The translations under genes were made by a program, and so were the position numbers. From Pirellulales bacterium (GTDB taxonomy: Bacteria; Planctomycetota; Planctomycetia; Pirellulales; PALSA-1355), in contig CAVTBU010000005.1 in NCBI GenBank assembly GCA_963733035.1, positions 64,001 through 128,000 of the forward strand: DNA of 64,000 nt. The letters are read 5' to 3'. Of the stretch, positions 9,470 to 18,402 are shown one piece after another. The notes below the pieces were generated by a model. It was not told the origin of the DNA, did no database searches, and saw only the letters and a program-made list of their open reading frames with translations. Position 1 is the stretch's first letter; every line of letters starts with the position of its first letter.

Positions 9470-10498
9470 ATGTCGATTTACCACCAACCCTTTGGCTGTG
9501 ATGACCTCTGTCCCGACGTGCAAATCGATGTGGGACCACCAAAACGAATCCGCTGCTTCGTAGGGGGCTGCAAACATATCCTCCGTTGTCCAACTAATAA
9601 AGACGACGGGGAAGCATGTCCTGACCACAAGATTCGCTGCCACTCCTCAGGCACTTATTCCTATGCCGATGTCCGAGGCAACCTAATTGTCGATGCCGAA
9701 CTCTTTGCAACTCGCGTCGTTGGCCATCCCTTCAAATACGAGACGGATCGTATTGGCAACGAGAACTCTGAAGATGCGTTGACTTGGAATGTCTTTCGCT
9801 CGTTTCAGCACGAGAAATGCCTTCATCGAGTCGCTGAGTTAATCATCGGGCAAGCAATCAAGGACGAGCCTCAGCTTTACCTATGGGGTTTGCGGCTGTC
9901 GGATAATAGTTTCGAGCCATGGGACTTGTTGATTGCTGCCCGAACGCGTTTCGAATCCCATCTACCGGTGGAGCGACCTCAGACTGAGCATGATATTGCT
10001 CTTCACTTACCAGGGAAGTATCTGATCTTGATCGAAGCAAAGTTTACCAGCCCGAATACGTTCTATACGGAAGGACCTCGCAGGAACAAATTGTCGCTCA
10101 CCAAAAACGAGCTACTCGATCTGTACTGGGATCACATGACCAAGACCTTAAATCTCGAAAAGGCGCATGCGGTGAACCGTGTCCCTTATCAGCTGTGGCG
10201 CAACCTAATCTTCGCCGAATGGATGGCTAGCAAAGACAGTTCGTCTACCAAGCCATTCCTCGCCAGTCTCACTCGCGAGGACCACGAGGTTGAGAGTTGT
10301 CGTGAATTTCGAAGCCTCCTAAACGACGAAGCGTGCTTCACCCATATTTCCTGGGAAGGTACTACGAAACACGCTGGCGTACAGCCTGCCTCAAGGCTTT
10401 GGTGCTATCTGGCGAACAAGACGGCTAGCCTGCAGCGTGCGTTTAAGATGAATGAGGGACAGGAGTCTCATCGTATCACCTTATGTGGCGGTAGGTGA
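9470..10498 (+). CDS. Putative PD-(D/E)XK restriction-endonuclease-fold protein with Cys-rich N-terminus
   Basis: SEDALTWNVFRSF, TEHDIAL...ILIEAKFTS, YQLWRN; N-terminal Cys/His cluster. Confidence 0.65.
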   Translation: MSIYHQPFGCDDLCPDVQIDVGPPKRIRCFVGGCKHILRCPTNKDDGEACPDHKIRCHSSGTYSYADVRGNLIVDAELFATRVVGHPFKYETDRIGNENSEDALTWNVFRSFQHEKCLHRVAELIIGQAIKDEPQLYLWGLRLSDNSFEPWDLLIAARTRFESHLPVERPQTEHDIALHLPGKYLILIEAKFTSPNTFYTEGPRRNKLSLTKNELLDLYWDHMTKTLNLEKAHAVNRVPYQLWRNLIFAEWMASKDSSSTKPFLASLTREDHEVESCREFRSLLNDEACFTHISWEGTTKHAGVQPASRLWCYLANKTASLQRAFKMNEGQESHRITLCGGR

Positions 10499-10896
10499 AC
10501 GGGTGCGCTTTTCAGCTCAACGGCGATTCTCAATCGATTACAAACTTCCTGGTCATGGATGCCTTGGCACTCAAAGAGATTCCCCAGGTCTTCGAAAATG
10601 TAACCGATTCCGGATTGTTCCACGTTTTCTCTGACGACGACCGCACGACGTATGTCCAGGGGCTAGCCGCAGTCATCAAGCCGGGAGGGCGGTTGTTTGT
10701 GCTTTGCTTCAGCGACGACGAGTCACCAGGCCCAGGACCACGCAGGATTGCTGAATCGGAACTAAGGGCGGCGTTTGACAATGGCTGGGAAATCGAGTCC
10801 ATCACGCCGACTCGATTTGAGGCAAGTCCTGATTTCAAAGAAATATTTTCGGAGGGGGGACCGAAGGCATGGATCGTCGTGGTGCGGCGAACGTAG
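10495..10896 (+). pseudogene. C-terminal half of a class I SAM-dependent methyltransferase
   Basis: DSGLFHVFSDDDRTTYV...IKPGGRLFVLCFSD...GPRRI; the SAM-binding motif I half is missing. Confidence 0.7.
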
Positions 10897-11859
10897 GCGA
10901 TGATCCATTCAGTGCTTCATGTTCCACGCCAGGTTTCAAAATAGATCGCCGGCACCTTGGCTTTGGCAGCGATACTTCTGATCGACTGTGGAACCAAATT
11001 GTACGTCGATTCATCGGCCACGAATCCCATCTTTGCGGTACTCGGAATATCAGCATCAACACAGCGTCTGATCCCCACAAGCGTGTAGCTGCCGAGCCGC
11101 ACATGCAGGCACTTTAATAGCCTTCCTCGCTGAGGCTCATTCAATCCCGTCCACAACACGACCTCTTTAAGTCGTAGATTTGGCAGTTTTCGTCGTGGCC
11201 CAAATGGCATCGCCGTGCCCATTTGCGTCAGCCATGTTCTTATTCAGTCTCTTGCTGGAACTGGTCGATCCATTTGTCGTCGTCCGTTTGGAAGCGAGCG
11301 TCCTTGAGGTGCTGGATTACCGTGCCATTGGTCAGTTCGCCCAACGCCCAAGTTCTGAAGACTACCGAAGGACGAGCCGGCATGTTGCGCAACGAGCGAA
11401 AAGTGTTGCTTCCGACCGAATGAATAACGATCTCTTCAAGCGACTCTTTGCGTTCGGCGAACCATTTCTCGATCAGCGACTTGCTCTTTGAAAGCCATTA
11501 CACAATTCCTTGCGCATTTCGGAAATCGTAGGGACCAGATTTGCTCATTTGCATACCTGATTGATGAATGACGGTGTGCCAATATGATGGCTGACCAACT
11601 GGGCTTCGGTAATCTTCTCAAATTCAACAAAATCTGGGTTTTTGACCGCCACCCCATCCGAAACCCGCTTTCTCGCAGTCCCTGAATTCGGTCGCATTTG
11701 ATGCCAATAGAGGGCGTTTGTCAGAGCCACAAAGAAGAATTTGGGCGTTCACCAACAGGAAGCCACCAGGAGTCCCTTTGCTCGGCAGGTTTTTCAAAAG
11801 AGTTGATCGATTAACAATTCTGCAACACGAGCCCAAGTTTACTTGTACAGCTCACGCCT

Positions 11860-12054
11860 ATGAAATCCTCTGACATAGCCCGTGACCACCAAACCGTCGA
11901 ACAAGATCGCATCCGAGCAGTCGTTCACGAGCACGAAAGCCAGCGAGCCTCTCTCTTCAAGAAAGAAGTGCTGCCCAGATTGGGCATCGTCGGGATGCTT
12001 GCGGGCTGGGCACTGGTGAATTCCCTGAACCGATTGTTCAAGGATCGTCAATGA
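11860..12054 (+). CDS. Small hypothetical protein (one TM segment)
   Basis: ATGA overlap with the next gene; C-terminal hydrophobic segment. Confidence 0.5.
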   Translation: MKSSDIARDHQTVEQDRIRAVVHEHESQRASLFKKEVLPRLGIVGMLAGWALVNSLNRLFKDRQ

Positions 12055-12932
12055 CGAGATACGTCGAAATCTACCAGCCCGAGCTCTGGTTCTTCCCGCC
12101 CGACGATCCGCCGCCAAGTAAAGAACAGCGAGCATGGTGGGTCTCGCTGGAAAACACCGCCAACCCCCTCAGCACGTTCGTTGGGCACGATGCAGCAGTC
12201 CGCCGCCTCGGTCGCATCGCATTCCAGGCATTCGCTCGCCACAACCGTGAATGCCGTGACCATTCTTTTGCCCTGATCGGACCTCAGTCGTGCGGCAAGG
12301 CAACTTTGGCTCGACTTTTCGGCGAACTTGTTGGGCTGCCATTCGTCGAGATCGATTCCAGTATCTGCACCGATCTCAGTGATATCGCCGTTGCCATTGC
12401 CCAAGTTCTCGAAAACATCCCCGTCACGGGCGATGAGAAATACAGCAGCCTGGAACTACAAGACCTCGGCGATGGGAAAATCGTGATCCCGCCATGCATC
12501 GTGTTCATCGACGAGGTCGATCAACTGCCGAAGAAGGTTCAAGTGGAGTTGCGGCGAGCCATCGAAGGTCATTTCGAATCTAATGGATGGAAGTTCGATA
12601 GCAGTGCCGTTTGTTGGATCGTTGCCACGACCGAGTATACCTTGCCCGACGGATTCGACAGGCTGACTAGAATTGTGCTGAAGCCACTCAGCGTTGACGA
12701 AGTAAGTCGGGTTGTCGCGCTTCACAATCCCGATTTCCCGCCCGAGGTCTGCCATTTCATCGCCCAGCATGCAGGCACGCCACGAGATGCTTTAGCATTT
12801 GCCAGTGAGGTTCGAGCTGAGCATGAGATGGGCGCCGATTTGAAGGCTGCTGCATCGACCGTGGCTCGGGACTGGGGCGCCCAGCAGCCAGCGCCATGGG
12901 CAAATCGGCTGAAGCTGAACGGACGGAACTAG
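12051..12932 (+). CDS. AAA+ ATPase, RuvB-like
   Basis: LSTFVGH...LIGPQSCGKATLA (Walker A variant), IVFIDEVD (Walker B), IVATT, GTPRDAL (sensor 2). Confidence 0.8.
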   Translation: MTRYVEIYQPELWFFPPDDPPPSKEQRAWWVSLENTANPLSTFVGHDAAVRRLGRIAFQAFARHNRECRDHSFALIGPQSCGKATLARLFGELVGLPFVEIDSSICTDLSDIAVAIAQVLENIPVTGDEKYSSLELQDLGDGKIVIPPCIVFIDEVDQLPKKVQVELRRAIEGHFESNGWKFDSSAVCWIVATTEYTLPDGFDRLTRIVLKPLSVDEVSRVVALHNPDFPPEVCHFIAQHAGTPRDALAFASEVRAEHEMGADLKAAASTVARDWGAQQPAPWANRLKLNGRN

Positions 12933-13348
12933 CGCCATTACGGAAGCAGCGAACAACTTAGGTCATCTCCGGACCAGCCATTTGAGCGTTTTTGTTAGCT
13001 CACCGAAGCTGTTGCACAATATTCAACAAATCGCCACCTTCTAGGATCATCGTGTCCCCAGAGCGGTCGACTCGTAGACTTGCAAATGCTTCGTCTGGAT
13101 GGGCGAGCAGGACCAAACGTGGTTTGCTCTTTGTGCCCGACTTGTTTAGACGCTGCGTCCATGCCGGGAATTGTCCTGAACCGCTACTTCACACTGTCGC
13201 TTTGCGCCAATTAAGCGACGGACCTCAGCGCGAGTCCAGCTCGTCGATTCGGATGGTTCGCCATCGGTGCGGTACCAGATTCCGTCGCTATCCTCAAGCA
13301 CATCTGGCAATCACCCTACTGCGCCGGCTAGTTTTTATTTTGTCGCCA

Positions 13349-13990
13349 TTATTTGAACTCCTCCAATTCACCGTTGCACTCTTTTCGAACCGCAATTGCC
13401 GCCCCCATGTATGTCCGCGCCTCGGATAATAGAGAGGCAACAACTTCGGCAGGAGCCATTTCGACCTCGGCCTGCTGGTTCCAGTGACGCTGATACATCT
13501 CGATTGCCATGTAGGTCCACGACACATCGTGTTCAGCGCAGTTTCTTACGTTAGCATATTCTGCCAGTTCCGCTGCGACCTCTCGGGTGAAGCCCTGCAG
13601 CCGTATGTTCGGTTCTTCCTGCCAGGGGGTCAGCAAGGGCAACTCAACTGTTCCGTCTGCGTCTACAGGGGCATAGGTGCCAACTACAATCGGTATCACG
13701 ACGTAACCGATAGTGGACTTCGCGGCGAACCACGCTTCCTGGGCGATGCACTCGCGCAAGTTCGACCTGTATTTCTCGTCCATGAAGTTCGGATATTCCG
13801 ATTCCAGTGACTCGATGCTTTCAACCTTCCAACGGCCAACCCGACACTTGTTCAGCAGGTCGGCGATTTCCTGGGCGTGCTCGGCCTTGTCGAAGAAGAA
13901 GGCTTTGCCGCGGCAGCCGGCAGTAACCTCCGGCATCGTGTGCTCAAGGGCTTCGTCAAAATGAGGCGGTCTTACAACTACGTATTTCAT
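13349..13990 (-). CDS. Hypothetical protein
   Basis: ATG 13990 with AAGGA SD; lies downstream of the conserved leader element. Confidence 0.6.
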   Translation of the reverse strand: MKYVVVRPPHFDEALEHTMPEVTAGCRGKAFFFDKAEHAQEIADLLNKCRVGRWKVESIESLESEYPNFMDEKYRSNLRECIAQEAWFAAKSTIGYVVIPIVVGTYAPVDADGTVELPLLTPWQEEPNIRLQGFTREVAAELAEYANVRNCAEHDVSWTYMAIEMYQRHWNQQAEVEMAPAEVVASLLSEARTYMGAAIAVRKECNGELEEFK

Positions 13991-14076
13991 GATTTCTTTC
14001 CTTATTTGGAATTGTGACTCGGCGCCACCGTTCGTCATCTAGCGCAACACAACGACGGATGCGAGAGGCGAAGGAA

Positions 14077-14197
14077 GCATCCCAGGACTCAAGCGAGAGT
14101 GGCTGGGGAGACCGGAGAGAGCCGGATCTCAGTTAAGAAGGTCTTTCAACGTTGCGGTAAATGTATCATGAGCTTAAGTCGGATGCAACACCAACTT
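14077..14197 (-). promoter_or_regulatory. Sigma70-type promoter (TTGCAT-N17-TACATT) plus structured 5' leader, copy 1
   Basis: Homologous to 38648-38769; -35 at 14188-14183, -10 at 14165-14160; two hairpins downstream. Confidence 0.7.
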
Positions 14198-14300
14198 GTC
14201 GTGCGGCCATTGCACATGCAGTAAGCAACTTTGATCAAGACCAAAGTCCGCGACGAGTGCTGATGACGAACTTGAGGAAGGTGAATTGTCTCTTTGCAAA

Positions 14301-14323
14301 AATCAAAAACAGGTTTTTCAAAA
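14301..14323. repeat. AT-rich palindromic box AAAAAC-NN-GTTTTTCAAAA
   Basis: Related copies at 38795-38818 and 39292-39317, half-site at 11789-11799. Confidence 0.5.
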
Positions 14324-14373
14324 CACCGTGACTTGTTCGATGTCTTTCGGCGTGATCTCGGGGGCTTCGGCTT

Positions 14374-14634
14374 TCAAACGTCGAAATGCCGTTCAATGAA
14401 CCTGCCTACTCGTTTACGGCTCCAATGAAATCCGCTGCCCTTGCGACGGATTGCCAGTCCTTCTTCGAGCGCCTTCCGAGTCGGTTCGCCGTAGCTTCGG
14501 TAACCAGCCTGCTCCAACTCACCGATCAGGGTGCGCAACGGAACGCCGAACTCCCAGGCGACATGAGTTAGACATTCATACGTTTCCGATGTATTGTGCT
14601 CAGTCTGCTCCATCCGTCCTCCTTTCTCGCTCAA
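14374..14634 (-). CDS. Small putative DNA-binding protein
   Basis: LTHVAWEFGVPLRTLIGELEQAGYR...PTRKALEEGLA; HTH-like pattern. Confidence 0.55.
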   Translation of the reverse strand: MSEKGGRMEQTEHNTSETYECLTHVAWEFGVPLRTLIGELEQAGYRSYGEPTRKALEEGLAIRRKGSGFHWSRKRVGRFIERHFDV

Positions 14635-14826
14635 GTTCGGTACCGAGTTGGATTTTCAGCTTCTCCGCCACTAGGGCAATTTCGGGTAGCGACCACAGTC
14701 GCCGCCCACCGACACGAAGACTGGGCTCGGGAATCTTTTCCGAAGACGGTGAAAGCCCTCCCAGGCGTCAAAACCAAGAGAGACCTGGACGGCGGCACGA
14801 TTGGTTGCATCACCGATTGATCAAAC

Positions 14827-15009
14827 ATGCCTTTCGACCTTCATATCGGCATCGACTATTCGGGCCGGGAGACACCAACCTCTCGTACGCCTGCATTGCA
14901 CGTCTACGCAGCCTTCGACGACGATTAGTCTCGATCCATTCCAACGCCATCATCGCCAGCGAGGCTGTATAAGAACTGGTGCCGCAAGGACATTGCCGAA
15001 TGGTTGATC
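14827..15009 (+). pseudogene. 5' fragment of a hypothetical protein (IGIDYSG motif, RNase H-fold-like) with internal stop, truncated at the integrase 3' end
   Basis: Own translation MPFDLHIGIDYSGRETPTSRTPALHVYAAFDDD*SRSIPTPSSPARLYKNWCRKDIAEWLI. Confidence 0.45.
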
Positions 15010-15856
15010 ATTCGGGCTCAGGTTCAAATCCTCGCGCCTTCTGCGCCCCCGCACCGCAATACCCCACCCTCTCCACTTCCTCTGCCAACTGGTTCCCACT
15101 CCGTTGCGAATACCTGCTCGTCGTCTGCAAATTCTCGTGCCCGAGCAGCTGAGCAAGCGACACGAGATCGTTCCCAGTGTCTGCCAGGAACTGCTTGGCA
15201 AACGTGTGCCTAAACAAGTGCGGATGCAGCCGAACTCCGACCAATGCCGAATACTTTTGGCACAACGCCCTTACGCCATCGTCAGTGATAGGACCTCGCT
15301 CGCCAATAAAGACTTTGCTAGAAACCGGAGGGCGAGTCTCCAAGTATTCCTGCAGCGCCCGACGAGCCGGCAAGGGTAACGGCACAGTCCGCTGCTTGCC
15401 GCCTTTGCCATGCCGAAACACCACGGAACCAGACCGCTCCCCGATCATGAGATCCGTCAGTTCAAGATTCACAAAGTCAGACACCCGGCATCCCGTAAAG
15501 AGCAACAATCCGAAGATTGCTGCAGCCCGAATGTCCTGCCGCAATTCAATCTCACGCAGTAACCTGCGAACGTCAGCACGTTCAAGTCCCTTGGGGGCAA
15601 GTTGTTGCCGCCGCAGTTCCTTCACGCCCTTGGCTGGGTTTGCCTCCAATCGCCCTTCAACCACCAACCACTCGAGGAACCTGCGGATCATCACCAGTGC
15701 ACGGTTAATGCTGGCGACCGCCTGCCTTCGCTCCCGGTGCAGATGATTTCGAAAATCCACGACGTCCCGCAGCGTCGTTCTTTTCACAGTGAAAGGTTCT
15801 CGATTTGCCTCGTCGAACCAACGCGCGAACTTCCGCAGGTCGTTTCCGGCTGACGC
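15008..15856 (-). pseudogene. Tyrosine recombinase/integrase (XerC/D-like), 5'-truncated
   Basis: Catalytic R (FTGCRVSD), GKGGKQR, HLFRHTFA, LGHENLQTTSRY; frame extends upstream through NDLRKFARWF to a stop at ~15858, with no start codon upstream of that stretch. Confidence 0.85.
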
Positions 15857-15932
15857 TTACTCCGCGTCAGCGTTCGTGACTGGCTTGACTTCGCTATTGA
15901 AGCGAATACTGGCATTCTGTACACTATCGCGC

Positions 15933-16172
15933 ATGAATACTGACGGTGCAACCACCAGCGTGTACGCAGAAAACCTGCGCCGCCTCATGGCGAGATCGGG
16001 GTTTACCCTGGCGCAGACCGTGGAAATCACCGGGGTTTGTGAGCACACAATCAAAACGGTGCTTTGCGGTCGCCGCAAGCCTCATGCTCGCACACTGCAT
16101 CGACTTGCAGCCGGGTTTGGTGTTTCTCCCGATGAGTTTTTTCGCGACATACAAGACGGGGCTGGCGCGTGA
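15933..16172 (+). CDS. XRE-family HTH regulator (C-terminus may continue to 16317 in another frame)
   Basis: YAENLRRLMARSGFTLAQTVEITGVCEHTIK...PHARTLHRLAAGFGVSPDEFF. Confidence 0.85.
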   Translation: MNTDGATTSVYAENLRRLMARSGFTLAQTVEITGVCEHTIKTVLCGRRKPHARTLHRLAAGFGVSPDEFFRDIQDGAGA

Positions 16173-16329
16173 CCCGATCGTTGCCGATCAGGTTGTTCTC
16201 GAAAAAGTGACTCGCTTGCTGAACACAGAACAGCGAGCTCTCCTGGCGAATTTCGTAGACGTGCTGTACGAGCAAGCATGCGACGAAGCCAATGATCACA
16301 CCCATGTGACCGTGTAGTCGCCTGTTCTT

Positions 16330-17997
16330 CTATTTTGTCGGCTTCCAGTTTGCGTTCCTCATACGCGCTGGAATTTTGCTTGCGGCAAGATCGAACTCAG
16401 CCCGATCGAAACAGATTTCGCTGCTCCCTGTGACACAATCGGTGAATGGCGGTCGCAAGTGGACTTTTCCCGTGGAGATTTTTGATGCGCCGGGCATCGT
16501 CGGGTGACGAGCGAACCAGACATCAATGCGCTTGACTAAACCACGGATCGCAATGCAGAGCAAGTCGATATCACCTCCGCACAAGGCGACCCGAAACCGT
16601 GCCGCTTGCCCCATGACCTCGGCCACCAGTTTCTCTGAGGCGCCTTGCTCGGTATTGATCTTTGCTGGCTTTCCAAACGGCAAATCAGTTCCGGCAAATG
16701 CTTGGATTTCCTCCAAGGTATCTATCGGTTGCATCCGCAGGCGAGACTCCAGGTCACGGTCGAGCACGCGTTCCGTCAACAGATCGACAATCAACCGCTG
16801 AAGGATGGGCTGTGAGATCGAGCGTGGGCGACAGACGGTTCGTCCCTTAGTGTGGTACGTCGGACACTCAAGTCGCCGGTAATACACGACTTTGTCTTTG
16901 CGGATATTACGGTGATGATTGACGTTCAACGTCGTGCCACAATGACCACAGACCACCAAGCTCTTCAGGGGATCGATGACAGGTGAAGGCTTCCTGCGGC
17001 GCTGTTGCCGGAGCCTCGCTTGAACGCGGTCAAACTGTGCCCGCTCGACGAGGGCCGGGTGGACATTCTTGACGACAACCCAGTCGGACCGGTCGTTGGC
17101 AATGCGGCCGCGCGTGCGATACCCAAACTTCTTCGTAAACGCAGCCTCTAGCACAATCTCTCCGCCAAGCAGGCCCGCGTATTTTCCAACGTGTCGACGA
17201 TTCCAGACCCGATCGCCTACGTAGACTGGATTGGCCAAAATCTTACGAATCGTATCGGAACTCCAATGGTGGCCCTCCGGCGACGGTACCCGCCGTCGAT
17301 TCAGCGAGACGGCCAATCCCCGGATCGACATCCCTCGATCGTACGACCTAAAGCGCCACCGCACGGTCCGAATAATCGAGGAGTCGAGTGTCGGTACCAG
17401 GCTACCCGTCCACTCTTTGGGTTTTGATAGCTTCTGAAGCGGAGCGAGACGCCGGACTAATTCGCCTCGCTCATCGAAGATCAATTTGTTGTAACCATAC
17501 GGAATCTTCCCGACATGAAGACGACCTTCAAGGGCGCGCTGATGTGCGCCTCGGAGAATGCCACGGGCCAGGTCGACCAGGAACGCGTGTTTCGCCTCTT
17601 GCTGAATCGTATAGATCAGCCGTCCGATGGCATCGTTCCAGGTGATTTCCCCATCCGTCACGGTTACCAGTTCAATCCCGGCGCGGCGAAGGGGACCAAT
17701 CCATTCTCCCGCCTCGATTGAATCGAATCGTCCGAACCTGTCCTGTGACCAGCACAGGATCGTCTCAAACGACTTCCTTTCAGCGTCAGCCACCATGCGT
17801 CGAAACGCCACACGCCGTCTGATGTCATCGCCAGATACGGCCAAGTCTTCGTACCACCGGACGATCTCATAGCCACGACGCTGGGCAAGCTTCTTGATTT
17901 GATCCCGTTGCTGTCTTGGACTCGACTTTTGCATCTCGCTCGACATTCGGACGTAGCCGACGGCGCGCCGCTTCGATTTGGCCCGGTTCGCACGCAT
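16330..17997 (-). CDS. Large serine recombinase 1 (resolvase + recombinase + zinc ribbon); start uncertain
   Basis: YVRMSS catalytic Ser, YEDLAVSG, SQDRFGR, PYGY, ILANPVYVG, HPALV, CGHCG. Confidence 0.93.
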   Translation of the reverse strand: MRANRAKSKRRAVGYVRMSSEMQKSSPRQQRDQIKKLAQRRGYEIVRWYEDLAVSGDDIRRRVAFRRMVADAERKSFETILCWSQDRFGRFDSIEAGEWIGPLRRAGIELVTVTDGEITWNDAIGRLIYTIQQEAKHAFLVDLARGILRGAHQRALEGRLHVGKIPYGYNKLIFDERGELVRRLAPLQKLSKPKEWTGSLVPTLDSSIIRTVRWRFRSYDRGMSIRGLAVSLNRRRVPSPEGHHWSSDTIRKILANPVYVGDRVWNRRHVGKYAGLLGGEIVLEAAFTKKFGYRTRGRIANDRSDWVVVKNVHPALVERAQFDRVQARLRQQRRRKPSPVIDPLKSLVVCGHCGTTLNVNHHRNIRKDKVVYYRRLECPTYHTKGRTVCRPRSISQPILQRLIVDLLTERVLDRDLESRLRMQPIDTLEEIQAFAGTDLPFGKPAKINTEQGASEKLVAEVMGQAARFRVALCGGDIDLLCIAIRGLVKRIDVWFARHPTMPGASKISTGKVHLRPPFTDCVTGSSEICFDRAEFDLAASKIPARMRNANWKPTK

Positions 17998-18402
17998 TGG
18001 AGGAGATCCCATTAAGGGTAGTTGTCGTAGATGGCGATTTATTTCCGCACCCGAAAACGGTACAAACAACCGCGAGCAACGCGAAGTGGAAAGATTCGCG
18101 CTAGTTCAACGTCTCCGTGCCCTCTATTCGGTGCGCTGGAGCGATGAGAGAGCCGCAACGAAGCTAGTGTGTGTGGGATCGGACGAAGACCTCGATCTAG
18201 GTGGTTCGGTGATCTGTCGCTGGGCGTCGTATTTCTCTAACCGCCACTATGAGCCTGCTGCTCGGTCGGGCCTCCATTGTCCAGCGAAGTGATCCGGCCA
18301 TCGGACCAGACGTGCAAGTTCACTCGCATCGCATCGACCATCGACGAAGGTAGAGGGACAAATCGCAGTCCCACTTCTTTGCTGTCCGCCTTTTTGTGGT
18401 CG

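Noticed and set aside
10900..11850. Several short ORFs on both strands
   Set aside because: No recognisable motifs and multiple stops; probably a decayed minus-strand gene that I cannot name
15013..15038. tRNA T-loop-like GGTTCAAATCC at the integrase 3' end
   Set aside because: Only a 3-bp stem, no acceptor stem or CCA, no second copy; cannot be called a tRNA or att site
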